Source: an uncultured bacterium (lineage in GTDB: Bacteria > Oederibacteriota > PGYV01 > CAWJRG01). Taken from it: a stretch of DNA of 64,000 bases. Below, in pieces: positions 40,748 through 51,175 of this stretch. Within the stretch, counting starts at the first letter, position 1, and every line of letters begins with the position of its first letter. Both the position numbers and the translations under genes were made by a program. The stretch covers positions 448,001-512,000 of the forward strand of contig CAWJRG010000005.1 in the NCBI GenBank assembly GCA_963845185.1, read 5' to 3'. The notes below the pieces were generated by a model. It saw nothing but the letters and a program-made list of their open reading frames with translations, made no database searches and was not told the DNA's origin.

Positions 40748-42432
40748 TCCGCGTCCTCGGTTACTTTTAATACTTCCTCAATCGTAGTTATGCCTTCCTT
40801 AACCTTTTCCATGCCGTCCATGAACATTGTTTTCATCCCGTTCTGTACCGCCTTTTCCTTTATCTTTACCGACGGTGCCTTTTTGATTATAAGTTCCCTT
40901 ATATCCTCGTTGATATCCAGGAATTCGGATATCACGGTCCTGCCCCTGTATCCTGTATCGAAACAATATACACAGCCTTTACCCTTGTACAATTTATCCA
41001 TGCTATTGTTTTTAAAATATTTCTGCGAAATTTCCCTGTCTATTTCGTATTCTTCCCTGCATCTGTTGCAAATGCTCCTGACAAGCCTCTGGCTTATCAC
41101 GCCTTTTAAGGATGAAGCTATAAGGTACGGCTCGGCTCCCATGTCAAACAGCCTTGTCACGGCGCTTGAGGCGTCGTTTGTATGCACCGTGGCAAAAACC
41201 AGGTGCCCTGTAAGCGATGCCCTAAGCGCTATTTCTGTTGTCTCAAGGTCCCTTATCTCGCCTATCAGCACCACATCCGGGTCCTGTCGCAGTATCGAAC
41301 GCAAAATGTTTGCGAATGTAAGCCCTATTTCCGCGTGCACCTGTATCTGCGTTATGCCTTCTATCTCGTATTCGACCGGGTCCTCGGCTGTGGTTATATT
41401 TTTCTCACCGTTGTTTATTGCGGCAAGGGCGCTGTATAAAGTTGTTGTCTTTCCGCTCCCCGTAGGGCCTGATATTAGTATTATGCCGTTTGGTTTTAGA
41501 ATAATTTCCTTTAATTTCATAAGCACCTGTTCGGTGAATCCCAGGCTGTCCAGCCCCAGGATTATGGCGCTTTTGTCGAGTATCCTTAAAACCGCTTTTT
41601 CCCCCTTTATCGTCGGCGTTACCGCCACCCTGAAATCAATGTCCCTTCCTTCTATATTTATATGAAAGCTCCCGTCCTGCGGCATGCGGCGTTCTCCTAT
41701 GTCGAGCCGCGCCATTATTTTAATTCTCGAAATTATGGCCGGCGCCATAGCTATGGAAAACGACTGGTCTTCATTAAGTATGCCGTCTATCCTGTAAAGT
41801 ACTTTCAGTTTGTCGCTTAGCGGCAGTATGTGTATGTCGCTCGCCCTTTTAAGCAGGGCGCCCAGGATAATAAGGTTTACTGCTTTTATTACCGGCGCTT
41901 GCGTCGATACTTCCTGTATGCCTTTTATCTCAAAACCGAGTTTTTGCGTAAGCTGGTATGTTTCGTCGCTTATAGTTGATAAAAGTTTTCTTACCATGCT
42001 TGATTTAAAATGGTCCGAATATTCGTTTATTTTCCTCAATATGCCGCCGCGCGAGGCGAGTACGGGCCTGATTTTAAATTTGCTGTTTTTTTCAATCTGG
42101 TCTATTGTCATTACGTCGGTCGGGTCTGCCATGGCAATAGTCAAAACATCTTCCTTTTCTTCCAGGGGTATGATGACTTTTTGCGTGCATATTTCCTGCG
42201 ACAGCAGTATTACTGTCTCTGGTTTGGGCGCCTGTTCCGAAATATTTATGTAAGGCATGTTTAAAACTTCTGCCTCTGCCTTTAGCACAGGTTCTTCATC
42301 TATTTTGTTTTTAAGCATCATGTCTTCCACGCTGTCCTTCCCGCTGTCCGTGTATTTTTTTATTTCCGCTTCTTTAAATATCCCTTTTTTTACGAGAATT
42401 TCAGCGAATCTGGTGTTTTTTAATCCAAGCAT
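40744..42432 (-). CDS. GspE/PilB family secretion ATPase
   Basis: ASDIHI, ERRMPQDG, GPTGSGKTTTLY, EDPVEY, LRQDPD, TGHLV, Cys pairs. Confidence 0.93.
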   Translation of the reverse strand: MLGLKNTRFAEILVKKGIFKEAEIKKYTDSGKDSVEDMMLKNKIDEEPVLKAEAEVLNMPYINISEQAPKPETVILLSQEICTQKVIIPLEEKEDVLTIAMADPTDVMTIDQIEKNSKFKIRPVLASRGGILRKINEYSDHFKSSMVRKLLSTISDETYQLTQKLGFEIKGIQEVSTQAPVIKAVNLIILGALLKRASDIHILPLSDKLKVLYRIDGILNEDQSFSIAMAPAIISRIKIMARLDIGERRMPQDGSFHINIEGRDIDFRVAVTPTIKGEKAVLRILDKSAIILGLDSLGFTEQVLMKLKEIILKPNGIILISGPTGSGKTTTLYSALAAINNGEKNITTAEDPVEYEIEGITQIQVHAEIGLTFANILRSILRQDPDVVLIGEIRDLETTEIALRASLTGHLVFATVHTNDASSAVTRLFDMGAEPYLIASSLKGVISQRLVRSICNRCREEYEIDREISQKYFKNNSMDKLYKGKGCVYCFDTGYRGRTVISEFLDINEDIRELIIKKAPSVKIKEKAVQNGMKTMFMDGMEKVKEGITTIEEVLKVTEDAE

Positions 42433-42539
42433 GTTCTCTCCTATATATCAGCGTTCAGCGCTCAAATGCTCAATATTCAAAAGACCAGCGTTTGATTTAG
42501 CCTTGAACTTTGAACTTTTGAACCTTGTCCTTTTCCCTC

Positions 42540-43400
42540 TTAGTCCTCGTCCTTGCTTCTTGCCGCCGCTCTTTTATCGCTGTTGATTATGTAATTGAAT
42601 TTAAGCAAATAAAGCAAAACATTGCTTTTGTTGAGCACTGTGTTGTCCGCGTGCAGGACCGTTTCGACGCCTATGATAAATGTGAAATCGTCAAAAAACC
42701 TGACGTTAAACTGCGGCGCAACTGTCAGGACATTTGAGACTACGCCGCTGTATTCATAAGCATGGTAATCCGCCTCAAGGACAAAATCAACTTTCTGTTT
42801 TTCCTCTTCATCGGAAAAATTCGCTCCTATTGCCGCGGACAGGTCCACTTCGCCGTTATAGCCGGCTTTGAATTCCAGGCACTGTTCCGCGACTGCCTGG
42901 TAAGAATAAAAAAACCATTTTATGTAATCCTGCTTGAGTATTCCGAGCACGGCGTTGAACTTGTTGTTGTCGTAAATAAACCGGCCGTTGTCCATGACTT
43001 TGTTCTGTATGGGCAGCCGCACCCCGTATATCAGCCCCGGGCCGTTATAATTGAATTTTTCGACAAGAACGGAAAAAAGGTGCGGGTTGTTGTAATCTAC
43101 CGGCGCAGCCGGCTCCTGCAATTCCTGAAAAATGTAAAGCAGGTTGAAGTTTAAAACCGTATTTACGTCTGCCGCGTACCTCAACCCGAAATTCTGGCTT
43201 AACCCGCTGAGCATGTCCACCTGCCCTGTGCTGGGGTCGTTGCTGTAAGGGTATTTATAGTCATACTCGAAATACTTTTCCTTGTAATAAGCCTGAAACT
43301 TGCCATAGTCGAGCCTGTCCCCGCCGTAATAATAAAATGTATCAGCTTTTATTGCTGTAAAAACAGCCGCAGCTGCCAGCGCGATAAGAATTTTTTTCAT
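42540..43400 (-). CDS. Hypothetical exported (probable outer-membrane beta-barrel) protein
   Basis: Signal peptide; Tyr/Phe-rich alternating strands. Confidence 0.55.
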   Translation of the reverse strand: MKKILIALAAAAVFTAIKADTFYYYGGDRLDYGKFQAYYKEKYFEYDYKYPYSNDPSTGQVDMLSGLSQNFGLRYAADVNTVLNFNLLYIFQELQEPAAPVDYNNPHLFSVLVEKFNYNGPGLIYGVRLPIQNKVMDNGRFIYDNNKFNAVLGILKQDYIKWFFYSYQAVAEQCLEFKAGYNGEVDLSAAIGANFSDEEEKQKVDFVLEADYHAYEYSGVVSNVLTVAPQFNVRFFDDFTFIIGVETVLHADNTVLNKSNVLLYLLKFNYIINSDKRAAARSKDED

Positions 43401-43403
43401 GGT

Positions 43404-44426
43404 TTAATTATGGTTCCTTTTTTTGTTTCTTAACTTCGCCTTTACATGATGGGTGAAATCCTCGGAAAAAACATGCGAGCCGTCCGCCTTAACCACAAAA
43501 AACATGTAATCCGTCACAGCAGGCTTTAGCGCGGCAGCCATGCTTTTTATTCCCGGGTTGCATATCGGAGCCGGCGGCAGGCCCCGGTGCCTGTAAGTGT
43601 TGCATTTCGAATTAAACTGCAAATCATCCAGGGTCAGCGGGTCGTGTTTTTTATTCATGGCGTATCTTACGGTCGCGCAGGATTCCAGCCTCATGTTTGC
43701 CCGCAGCCTGTTATAAAAAACCGAAGCTATAATTTCGCGTTCCGCGTCGAACTTGGCTTCTTTTTCCACGATTGACGCCATTTTTAAAATATCGTATCCC
43801 GTAAAATCCTTGCCGTCCTGTGAATATGACTTGTTTGGTTTTATCAACGATCTCTCGATAAACCTCTGGTACATAGTCCCGATGATTTTTTCATCGGTCT
43901 CGCCCCTGATAAAATTATAAGTGTCGGGGAACAAAAATCCTTCCGCGGTCCCGTATTTTATCCCTATTTTATCAAGGAAAGCCCTGTCTTTTACAAGCGC
44001 CAGGAATTTATTCCCGTCCATAAGTTTTTGCCCCTCCAGAAGAGCGGCTATATCGTATATGTCCGACCCTTCGGGTATGGTTATCTCGTGCTTCAACACG
44101 TCGCCTTTAATCATTTTTGCCGCCACGCCTGCCATATTCTCGTTTTCGGCGAATTCGTATTCGCCTGCCCTTAATTTTTTGTACTTCGCGCCCGCGAACA
44201 GATACGCGTCAAAAATAAATTTGTTTCTCACCACTCCTTCGCTGCCCAGCATCCTAGATACTTTCTTAAAACCCGTGCCGTAATTGATGTAAACCTGCCT
44301 TTTATCCCCCGGGGAAAGCGACCACGGCAAATAAACAGAAAACACGCATCCTAAAGCAAGGGTAAATACCGCAATGCCGAGGAGACTTATGTTGTTTTTA
44401 AAATTAAAAAAGCTGTTTTTACTCAC
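43404..44426 (-). CDS. mltG: Endolytic transglycosylase MltG
   Basis: TIPEG, EGFLFPDTY, ASIVEKE, VFYNRL, NTY..GLPPAPICNPG. Confidence 0.93.
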   Translation of the reverse strand: MSKNSFFNFKNNISLLGIAVFTLALGCVFSVYLPWSLSPGDKRQVYINYGTGFKKVSRMLGSEGVVRNKFIFDAYLFAGAKYKKLRAGEYEFAENENMAGVAAKMIKGDVLKHEITIPEGSDIYDIAALLEGQKLMDGNKFLALVKDRAFLDKIGIKYGTAEGFLFPDTYNFIRGETDEKIIGTMYQRFIERSLIKPNKSYSQDGKDFTGYDILKMASIVEKEAKFDAEREIIASVFYNRLRANMRLESCATVRYAMNKKHDPLTLDDLQFNSKCNTYRHRGLPPAPICNPGIKSMAAALKPAVTDYMFFVVKADGSHVFSEDFTHHVKAKLRNKKRNHN

Positions 44427-44850
44427 TTTTCGCCTTCCTGGAATTGTTGTAAAAATCAAGGTAATTTTGTAGTATTAATGCCGCACTGATTTTATCTATT
44501 ATGCCTTTCCTTTTTTCCCGGCGGACGTCGCCTTTTATGAGCAGTTTTTCAGCCTGCATTGAGGTCAGCCTCTCGTCCCAGAATATAACATCCGTACAGC
44601 CCGTGTTTATTTTCAGCCCTTCCCCGAATTCGTTTACTGCCGTGGTTTTTTCTCCCGGCGTCCCGTCCATGTTGATAGGGTTGCCTATTACAAGCCTTGC
44701 CGGAGAATATTTGGCAAAGAGTTTTTTTATTTCCTCAAACAGATTGCCGTCGTTGCTTATATAGCCTATCGGGCTTGCTATCAACGGCATCTCGTCGCTT
44801 ATTGCGACGCCTATCCGCTTTGTCCCGAAATCAAAAGCCATTATCCTCAT
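44419..44850 (-). CDS. ruvX: RuvX/YqgF nuclease
   Basis: AFDFGTKRIGVAISD, DERLTS, DKISAALILQNYLD. Confidence 0.94.
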   Translation of the reverse strand: MRIMAFDFGTKRIGVAISDEMPLIASPIGYISNDGNLFEEIKKLFAKYSPARLVIGNPINMDGTPGEKTTAVNEFGEGLKINTGCTDVIFWDERLTSMQAEKLLIKGDVRREKRKGIIDKISAALILQNYLDFYNNSRKAKSE

Positions 44851-44853
44851 AAA

Positions 44854-47481
44854 TCAGGTCTTTGCCTTTATAAGGGAAGGCAGCTGCTTTAAAGCCGCGT
44901 CCAGTTTCGACACGTTTTTGCCGCCTGCCTCTGCCAGGTCTTTCCTGCCTCCGCCGCCGCCCTCGCATACGGACGCTATTTCCTTCACTATCTTTGACGC
45001 GTCTATCCTGTCAATCAGGTCGTTTGTGACCCCGCACAAAAAACTCACCCTGTCGTCCTTCACCACCGATATAAAAACGACTCCTTTTTTAAGCTTTGAT
45101 TTCAGTATATCTGCCAGCTCGCGTGTAACCTTGCTGTCTATGTTTTCAAATTTCAGGTTCACGAGCTTTACCCCGTCCACTTCCTCGGCTTTGGAAACAA
45201 ATGAGTCAGCCTCCCTGAGTATATTGTTCTTGCTTATCTCGCCGATTTTCTTTTCCAGGTTTTTAAAATCCGAAAACATCTTTTCCACCCGGTCTTTCAG
45301 TTCAGAGACCTCTCCGAGCTTGAACATTTCTTTTAAATGCCCGATGAAATCCTCATGCTGAACAGTGAGGTTGTAGGCGTTTTCCCCGGTCAAAGCCTCT
45401 ATCCTCCTGATTCCTGCCGCTGTCGAGCCCGATGATATAATCTTAAAAAGACCAATCTCTCCTATGTTTTTCAAGTGCGTGCCCGCGCACAGTTCTTTTG
45501 AAATATCATCCACGCTGATAACCCTTACCCTGCCCTTGTATTTTTCCTCAAAAAGCGCCATTGCGCCTGTCTGCTTTGCCTCTTCCACGTTCATGACTTT
45601 TACGTTCACAGGCAGGCTTTCCTGCACCCATTTATTGACCGTATGCTCTATGTCCCTGATTTCAGGCCCGCTTATTGCCGCAAAGTGCGTGAAGTCAAAC
45701 CTTAGCCTGTCCGGCCCAACGTAAGAGCCTGCCTGCTCCACGTGCTGGCCAAGGATGCCCCGCAGCGCTGCCTGAAGCAAATGCGTGCCTGTATGGTTTT
45801 TCATTATTGCCTTTCTTCTTTCCTTGTCCACCTCGCCCTTTACCGTATCCTGCTTGCTTATTTTTCCTTTTACGATTTTCGCCCTGTGCAAAAATATATC
45901 CTCTGCTTTTTGCGTGTCAATTATTTCAACCCTGGCATTTTCATTTGAAAAATACCCTGTGTCGCCAATCTGACCGCCTGACTCGCCGTAAAAAGGCGTT
46001 TTATCCAGCACTATGAAAACCTCCTGGCCTTCATTTGCCTCGTTTATCTCTTTTGAGTCTTTTACTATTGCCAGCACTTTGCATTTATCCTCGCTGAAAA
46101 CCTCATAGCCCGTGAATTCGGTTTTTGCCAGCCTGTTTATCAGTTCTTCCGGGATAAACTTCATGGCCTCAACATTCACGCCCTGCCATGCTTTTTTTGC
46201 CTGTTCCCTCTGCCTTTCCATAAATTCATTGAATTTATCCATGTCAAGCTTGAGCCCGGCTTCAGTTAAAATCTCTTCTGTGATTTCAACAGGGAATCCG
46301 AAAGTATCATAAAGCTTGAACGCTGTTTCCCCCGGAAATGCGCCTGCTCCTGCGTTTTTCAGTTTCTTTATCTCCTCGTCGAGTATTGCTATGCCTTTAT
46401 CCATTGTTTCCTGGAACTTGTCTTCCTCGGTCTTGATTATCTGGGTTATGTACTCCTTGCGCCGGACAAGCTCAGGGTATCCGTCTGCCATGGCTTTTAC
46501 CACCACCGGAACTACCTTGTATAAAAAGGTTTCGTCAAGCCCGAGCAGCCTTCCGTGCCTTACCGCCCTCCTGATAAGCCTCCTTAACACGTACCCCCTG
46601 CCTTCGTTTGACGGCAAAATGCCGTCGCCGGTAAGAAAGACAACCAACCTTGCGTGGTCCGCGACGACGCGCAGTGAAACGTCGGACTTTTTTTCTTTTT
46701 TGTACGCGACGCCTGATTTGTCTGACACGTCTTTTATAATCGGCATGAAAAGGTCGGTTTCAAAGTTGGAATAAACCCTCTGCGACACGGCTGCCAGGCG
46801 CTCAAGCCCCATGCCTGTGTCTATGTTTTTCTGTTTTAATTCGGACATTGTGCCGTCCTCTTTTTTGTCGAACTGCGTGAACACAAGGTTCCATACCTCC
46901 AGGAACCTGTCGTCGTTATTTTCTATGTCGTGCGCCGTAACTTTTGCGGTCTCGCCTCCCTCAAGGTCAAAATATATCTCGGAGCAGTACCCGCACGGCC
47001 CTACCGGCCCCATTTCCCAGAAATTCGTGGCTTTTCCCAGCCTGAAAATCCTGTCTTCGGGTATTTTCATTTTGTTTTTCCAGATTCCCGCGGCCTCGTC
47101 GTCGTCCTTGTAAATCGTGATGTACAGCTTGTCTTTCGGCAGCTTTACTACATCGGTGAGAAATTCCCATGCCCATCTTATCGCGTCTTCCTTGAAATAA
47201 TCCCCGAAGGAAAAATTGCCGAGCATTTCAAAAAACGTGTGGTGCCTGCGCGTCTTACCCACCTGCTCTATGTCGTTTGTCCTGATGCATTTCTGGGACG
47301 ACGCAGCCCTCGTGTAAGGAAGCGTCACTTTCCCCTGAAAATAATCCTTGAAAGGCACCATGCCCGCGACTGTAAAAAGCAGGCTCGGGTCTGACGGGAT
47401 TAAAGAGGCGCTCGGCCGTATCGTATGGCCGCGCTCCTCGAAAAATCCCAGGAATAACTTCCTGAGTTCATTGCTGTTCAA
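44854..47481 (-). CDS. alaS: Alanine--tRNA ligase
   Basis: LLFTVAGM, HHTFFEMLGNFSFGDYFK, DTGMGLER, NHTGTHLL, ELCAGTH, GGGG. Confidence 0.98.
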   Translation of the reverse strand: MNSNELRKLFLGFFEERGHTIRPSASLIPSDPSLLFTVAGMVPFKDYFQGKVTLPYTRAASSQKCIRTNDIEQVGKTRRHHTFFEMLGNFSFGDYFKEDAIRWAWEFLTDVVKLPKDKLYITIYKDDDEAAGIWKNKMKIPEDRIFRLGKATNFWEMGPVGPCGYCSEIYFDLEGGETAKVTAHDIENNDDRFLEVWNLVFTQFDKKEDGTMSELKQKNIDTGMGLERLAAVSQRVYSNFETDLFMPIIKDVSDKSGVAYKKEKKSDVSLRVVADHARLVVFLTGDGILPSNEGRGYVLRRLIRRAVRHGRLLGLDETFLYKVVPVVVKAMADGYPELVRRKEYITQIIKTEEDKFQETMDKGIAILDEEIKKLKNAGAGAFPGETAFKLYDTFGFPVEITEEILTEAGLKLDMDKFNEFMERQREQAKKAWQGVNVEAMKFIPEELINRLAKTEFTGYEVFSEDKCKVLAIVKDSKEINEANEGQEVFIVLDKTPFYGESGGQIGDTGYFSNENARVEIIDTQKAEDIFLHRAKIVKGKISKQDTVKGEVDKERRKAIMKNHTGTHLLQAALRGILGQHVEQAGSYVGPDRLRFDFTHFAAISGPEIRDIEHTVNKWVQESLPVNVKVMNVEEAKQTGAMALFEEKYKGRVRVISVDDISKELCAGTHLKNIGEIGLFKIISSGSTAAGIRRIEALTGENAYNLTVQHEDFIGHLKEMFKLGEVSELKDRVEKMFSDFKNLEKKIGEISKNNILREADSFVSKAEEVDGVKLVNLKFENIDSKVTRELADILKSKLKKGVVFISVVKDDRVSFLCGVTNDLIDRIDASKIVKEIASVCEGGGGGRKDLAEAGGKNVSKLDAALKQLPSLIKAKT

Positions 47482-47941
47482 TTAAATTTCCTCCTGAGTA
47501 TTCATTTAAAATTTTTTCAACTGAGTCGTAGGAAAAACCGCGCGACATGAGGCTCCTGTAAATAAATTTTTTTGCCTCTTCCTCGGTTTTTCCCTTTATT
47601 TTGTAGAGTTTTTTCAGGATATATTTTCTTGCCGTATCAGTCTCGTCTATGTTTTTAATTTGCTGTTCAAAATCATCCTGTTTAATGCCTTTTTGTTTCA
47701 ACTTCTTCATTATTATATATTTGCCCCAGGGCCTGTCTTCTGAATATTTTTTCACAAGCCTGGCGGCATAGGTTTTATTGTCAATGAAACCGTGCTCTTT
47801 CAGGTATTTTAATGTTTTTTCCGCGGCATCCCTGCTGTATCCTCTGTCCGCCAGTTTCTCAAGAAGTTCTTTTTCTGAAAAATCCTTTATTTTAAGGATT
47901 TTCAGCATGTATTTCCTTGCTTTTTCAAGCTCATTTTCCAT
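47468..47941 (-). CDS. recX: Regulatory protein RecX
   Basis: SEKEL..KL, GFIDN..YA, WG...I..KLKQKGI, LMSRGFS; directly upstream of alaS. Confidence 0.85.
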   Translation of the reverse strand: MENELEKARKYMLKILKIKDFSEKELLEKLADRGYSRDAAEKTLKYLKEHGFIDNKTYAARLVKKYSEDRPWGKYIIMKKLKQKGIKQDDFEQQIKNIDETDTARKYILKKLYKIKGKTEEEAKKFIYRSLMSRGFSYDSVEKILNEYSGGNLIEQQ

Positions 47942-47949
47942 ACTAAATG

Positions 47950-47978
47950 ATTATAAAGTATTTACACTCAAAAGTCAA
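47950..47978 (-). promoter_or_regulatory. Sigma70-like promoter for recX-alaS
   Basis: TTGACT-N17-TATAAT, ending 8 nt before the recX ATG. Confidence 0.65.
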
Positions 47979-48004
47979 AGGTCAAATTCCATGCAATTTC
48001 CCCC

Positions 48005-48111
48005 TGTTAATTACTGCTGCAAAATTCGGAGCATGAGGACCAGGTATTTCGGAGCAAAAGGACCAGTCGTTTCGGCCGAAAAGGACCAGACATTTCGGTC
48101 CAAAAGGACCA
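48005..48111 (+). repeat. IS21 left end: terminal IR plus 4 repeats TTCGG-N7-GGACCA
   Basis: TTCGG at 48025, 48048, 48071 and 48094. Confidence 0.88.
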
Positions 48112-48212
48112 ACTTATCCACTTATTTCAGGATACTATAACGCAGCCTGAAATCCAAGCATAATCCTCAAAAACTGCCATACTGTGCCATTCTAAAATTA
48201 GGAGGCACACAG

Positions 48213-49796
48213 ATGGCACAAAAGAGGTTATGCATGAGAAAAAGCAAAGAGATTTTGAGGTTGAAGTACGAGTTAGGCAAGACAGAAAGAGAAATACGGG
48301 ACATATGCGGGCTGAAAAGCAAGACAACGGTCCACAGGTGCCTTGAAAGAGCCGGGAAGGCGGGTATAACATGGCCGTTGCCCGAAGGCATGACCGAGGA
48401 CGTGCTGGAGGCACAACTGTTTCCGGCCATACAGCCTTGCAAGGAATTCAAAAAAATCGCAATAGATTGCGCGCATGTTCACGAACAGATGCAGATGGAT
48501 AACGTAACCAAAAAACTCATTTGGGAAGAATATGTCGAATCAAATCCAAACAACCACTATGGATATACTCAATTCTGCCAATATTACAACAGATGGACAA
48601 ATAACCTGAATTTCAGCATGAAACAGGTATATAAGGCCGGGGAAAAAGTATTTGTGGATTTTGGCAGCGGGTTATCCGTAATCGATAAAGAGACCGGCGA
48701 GATAATGAAGACGCATGTGTTTGTAGCAGTGCTCGGTGCGTCAAAATATTCGTATGCGGAAGCGGTATTTAACCAGGACCTGCCGTCATGGATATTGGTA
48801 AACAGACATATGCTTGAATTTTTTGGATGCGTACCTCAGGTAATAATCCCGGATAATTTGAAGGCGGCAGTAGATAAAGCTGATTGGTATGAGCCGTTTA
48901 TTAACCGGTCATACGAAGAATTTGCCGGACATTACGGGACAAATATATTTCCAACAAGGCCCAGACAGCCCAGGGATAAAGCTCTTGTAGAAAATGGCGT
49001 CAGACTGGTCAAGCGGTGGATTCTGGCTAGGCTGCGGAACAGGATGTTTTTCAGTCTCGCAGAGTTAAATGCGGCAATACGCGAACTGCTTGAGAAGTTT
49101 AACGACAACATAATGAAAAAAGTCGGTAAATCAAGGAGAGAACTATTCCTCACGTTGGACAAACCCAATATGAATCCCCTGCCTGAACATCCTTTTGAAT
49201 ATGCGGAATGGAAAAAAGCCAGAGTTGGTTGTGATTACCACATATCTTTTGGGAAGCACATGTATTCCGTGCCGCATTATTTGAAAGGCAGCGAAATAGA
49301 CATAAGAGCGACAAGTTCAATCGTAGAAGTATATTTAAAGGGCAACCGGATATGCTCGCACAAAAGAAGTCACAAAGAACATGATTTTACCACGGTAAAA
49401 GAGCATATGCCGGAAAGACATCAGGCAGTAGCCGGTATAACCCCGCAAAGCCTATTGGATTGGGCTGAAAAAACCGGGCCCAATGTCCTAAGAATGGTAC
49501 AGACTAAACTCGATTCAAAAATGTTTTATGAACAGTCATACAGGAGCTGCCTTGGAATATTGAACCTTGCCCGTAAGTACGGGAATGAGCGCCTGGATAA
49601 GGCGTGTAAACGTGCCTTGCACTTCGGCACTATGTCCTACCCTAAAGTTTCAAGTATTTTAGAACAAAAACTTGAAGATCAGGAATATGAAAAGTTGTAT
49701 ATAACAAGGCCTCACTTGAACCACGAAAATATCCGCGGCGGTCAGGAATTTGCAGACAGACTTCTTGAAAAACAAAAAACGGAGGAAATACAATGA
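48213..49796 (+). CDS. istA: IS21 transposase IstA
   Basis: N-terminal HTH, GEKVFVDF, PDNLKAAV, PRDKALVE. Confidence 0.95.
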   Translation: MAQKRLCMRKSKEILRLKYELGKTEREIRDICGLKSKTTVHRCLERAGKAGITWPLPEGMTEDVLEAQLFPAIQPCKEFKKIAIDCAHVHEQMQMDNVTKKLIWEEYVESNPNNHYGYTQFCQYYNRWTNNLNFSMKQVYKAGEKVFVDFGSGLSVIDKETGEIMKTHVFVAVLGASKYSYAEAVFNQDLPSWILVNRHMLEFFGCVPQVIIPDNLKAAVDKADWYEPFINRSYEEFAGHYGTNIFPTRPRQPRDKALVENGVRLVKRWILARLRNRMFFSLAELNAAIRELLEKFNDNIMKKVGKSRRELFLTLDKPNMNPLPEHPFEYAEWKKARVGCDYHISFGKHMYSVPHYLKGSEIDIRATSSIVEVYLKGNRICSHKRSHKEHDFTTVKEHMPERHQAVAGITPQSLLDWAEKTGPNVLRMVQTKLDSKMFYEQSYRSCLGILNLARKYGNERLDKACKRALHFGTMSYPKVSSILEQKLEDQEYEKLYITRPHLNHENIRGGQEFADRLLEKQKTEEIQ

Positions 49797-50533
49797 GCAT
49801 AGAACAGACAATAGACAAGCTTATTGAAATGAAGTTGACAGGTATGTCACAGTCCTACAAAGAAAGAAGGATAAAACCGGATCACAAAGACCTCTCGTTT
49901 GACGAGTTTTTTGGGCTTGTGGTAGATGACGAGCACATATACAGAAAAAACAAACGACTTAAAAAACTTTTAAAAAAAGCCAAATTTAAATTCGCTTCTG
50001 CCTGCCTTGAAGATATTGATTACAGGCAGCAAAGAGGCATGCTAAAAACGCAGGTGGTAAATCTTCAAAATCCATCGTGGCTGGAAAATCACCAGAATAT
50101 TCTCATTACTGGCCCTACAGGCATCGGAAAAACATATCTTGCCTGCGCGTTTGGTACCTGGGCATGTAGAAATGGCTTTACAGTCTATTATTCCCGCTGG
50201 TCAAGGCTTCTCGCTGATATACACGCTTCCCGCAGCGATGAGAGTTATCTTAAGTATCTTCGAAAACTCGCTAAGATAGATTTGCTTATAATCGATGATT
50301 TTGGAATGAATTCTCTTTCCGAGAATAACAGAGATGATTTTTTTGAAATTATTGAAGAAAGGTACTTGATCGGCTCTACTATTATTACAAGCCAGTTGCC
50401 TATCAAAAATTGGCACGAATTCATGGGCGAGGCTACAATCGCAGACGCAGTAATGGACAGGCTTCTTCAGGTTTCGTATAGATTCGAACTAAAAGGAGCT
50501 TCCATGCGGAAACAACAAAAAAACATCGAATAA
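49793..50533 (+). CDS. istB: IS21 helper ATPase IstB
   Basis: GPTGIGKTYLA, LLIIDDFG, IITSQLP, ADAVMDRL, GASMRK. Confidence 0.95.
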   Translation: MSIEQTIDKLIEMKLTGMSQSYKERRIKPDHKDLSFDEFFGLVVDDEHIYRKNKRLKKLLKKAKFKFASACLEDIDYRQQRGMLKTQVVNLQNPSWLENHQNILITGPTGIGKTYLACAFGTWACRNGFTVYYSRWSRLLADIHASRSDESYLKYLRKLAKIDLLIIDDFGMNSLSENNRDDFFEIIEERYLIGSTIITSQLPIKNWHEFMGEATIADAVMDRLLQVSYRFELKGASMRKQQKNIE

Positions 50534-50645
50534 AGCATTTGGTTTTATCGGCGGTTATTAAAATCTTGATAAGCGCAAATGAAAGTAATATAATAATATT
50601 ACTGAATTAGTTGTTTATTTTAAATAAAATCGCGAGGTGTTCAGA

Positions 50646-51059
50646 ATGCCTGAATTATTAAGATTTGGAGTTTCATTGGACAGCCACCTTCTTAAAAAAT
50701 TTGATAACCACGTTAAAAATAACAAATATCCAACAAGGTCAAAAGCCATAGCCGATTTGATAAGAAAGGTATTTGTGGAACAAGAATGGGAGGATGGCAA
50801 AAATGTAGCTGGAGCCATAATAATTGTTTATGACCATCACAAGAGAGATCTAGTAAATAAGTTGATTAACACACAACACGATTTTCAGGACATTATAATA
50901 GCCTCACAGCATGTTCATCTTGATCACAACAATTGTCTCGAAGTGGTCGTTGTAAAGGGGAAAACGTCAAAAATTCGTGAGCTGGCGTCGATTTTAAAGT
51001 CCGCAAAAGGAGTAAAACACGCAGCTTTATCCGCCGCCACAACTGGTAAAAATTTTTAA
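50646..51059 (+). CDS. nikR: Nickel-responsive regulator NikR
   Basis: RHH RFGVSLD, RSKAIADLIR, YDHH, HVHLDHNNCLE nickel ligands. Confidence 0.95.
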   Translation: MPELLRFGVSLDSHLLKKFDNHVKNNKYPTRSKAIADLIRKVFVEQEWEDGKNVAGAIIIVYDHHKRDLVNKLINTQHDFQDIIIASQHVHLDHNNCLEVVVVKGKTSKIRELASILKSAKGVKHAALSAATTGKNF

Positions 51060-51113
51060 TTCCATGTCAGCAATTCTATACTTATAATAATTAAACAATG
51101 TGGAAAAATCCTG

Positions 51114-51163
51114 TTGACATCTGGCTTCTATTCGTGCTACATTTTTTATAAACGTGGCACGAA
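51114..51163 (+). promoter_or_regulatory. Promoter with overlapping putative NikR operator
   Basis: TTGACA (51114) with TACATT (51138); inverted repeat TTCGTGCTAC-N13-GTGGCACGAA (51131-51163). Confidence 0.7.
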
Positions 51164-51175
51164 AGGAGCAATGGT

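Noticed and set aside
48025..48111. CRISPR-like array of regularly spaced repeats
   Set aside because: The period is only 23 bp with no spacers, there are no cas genes, and inverted copies at 54688-54750 identify them as IS21 end repeats.
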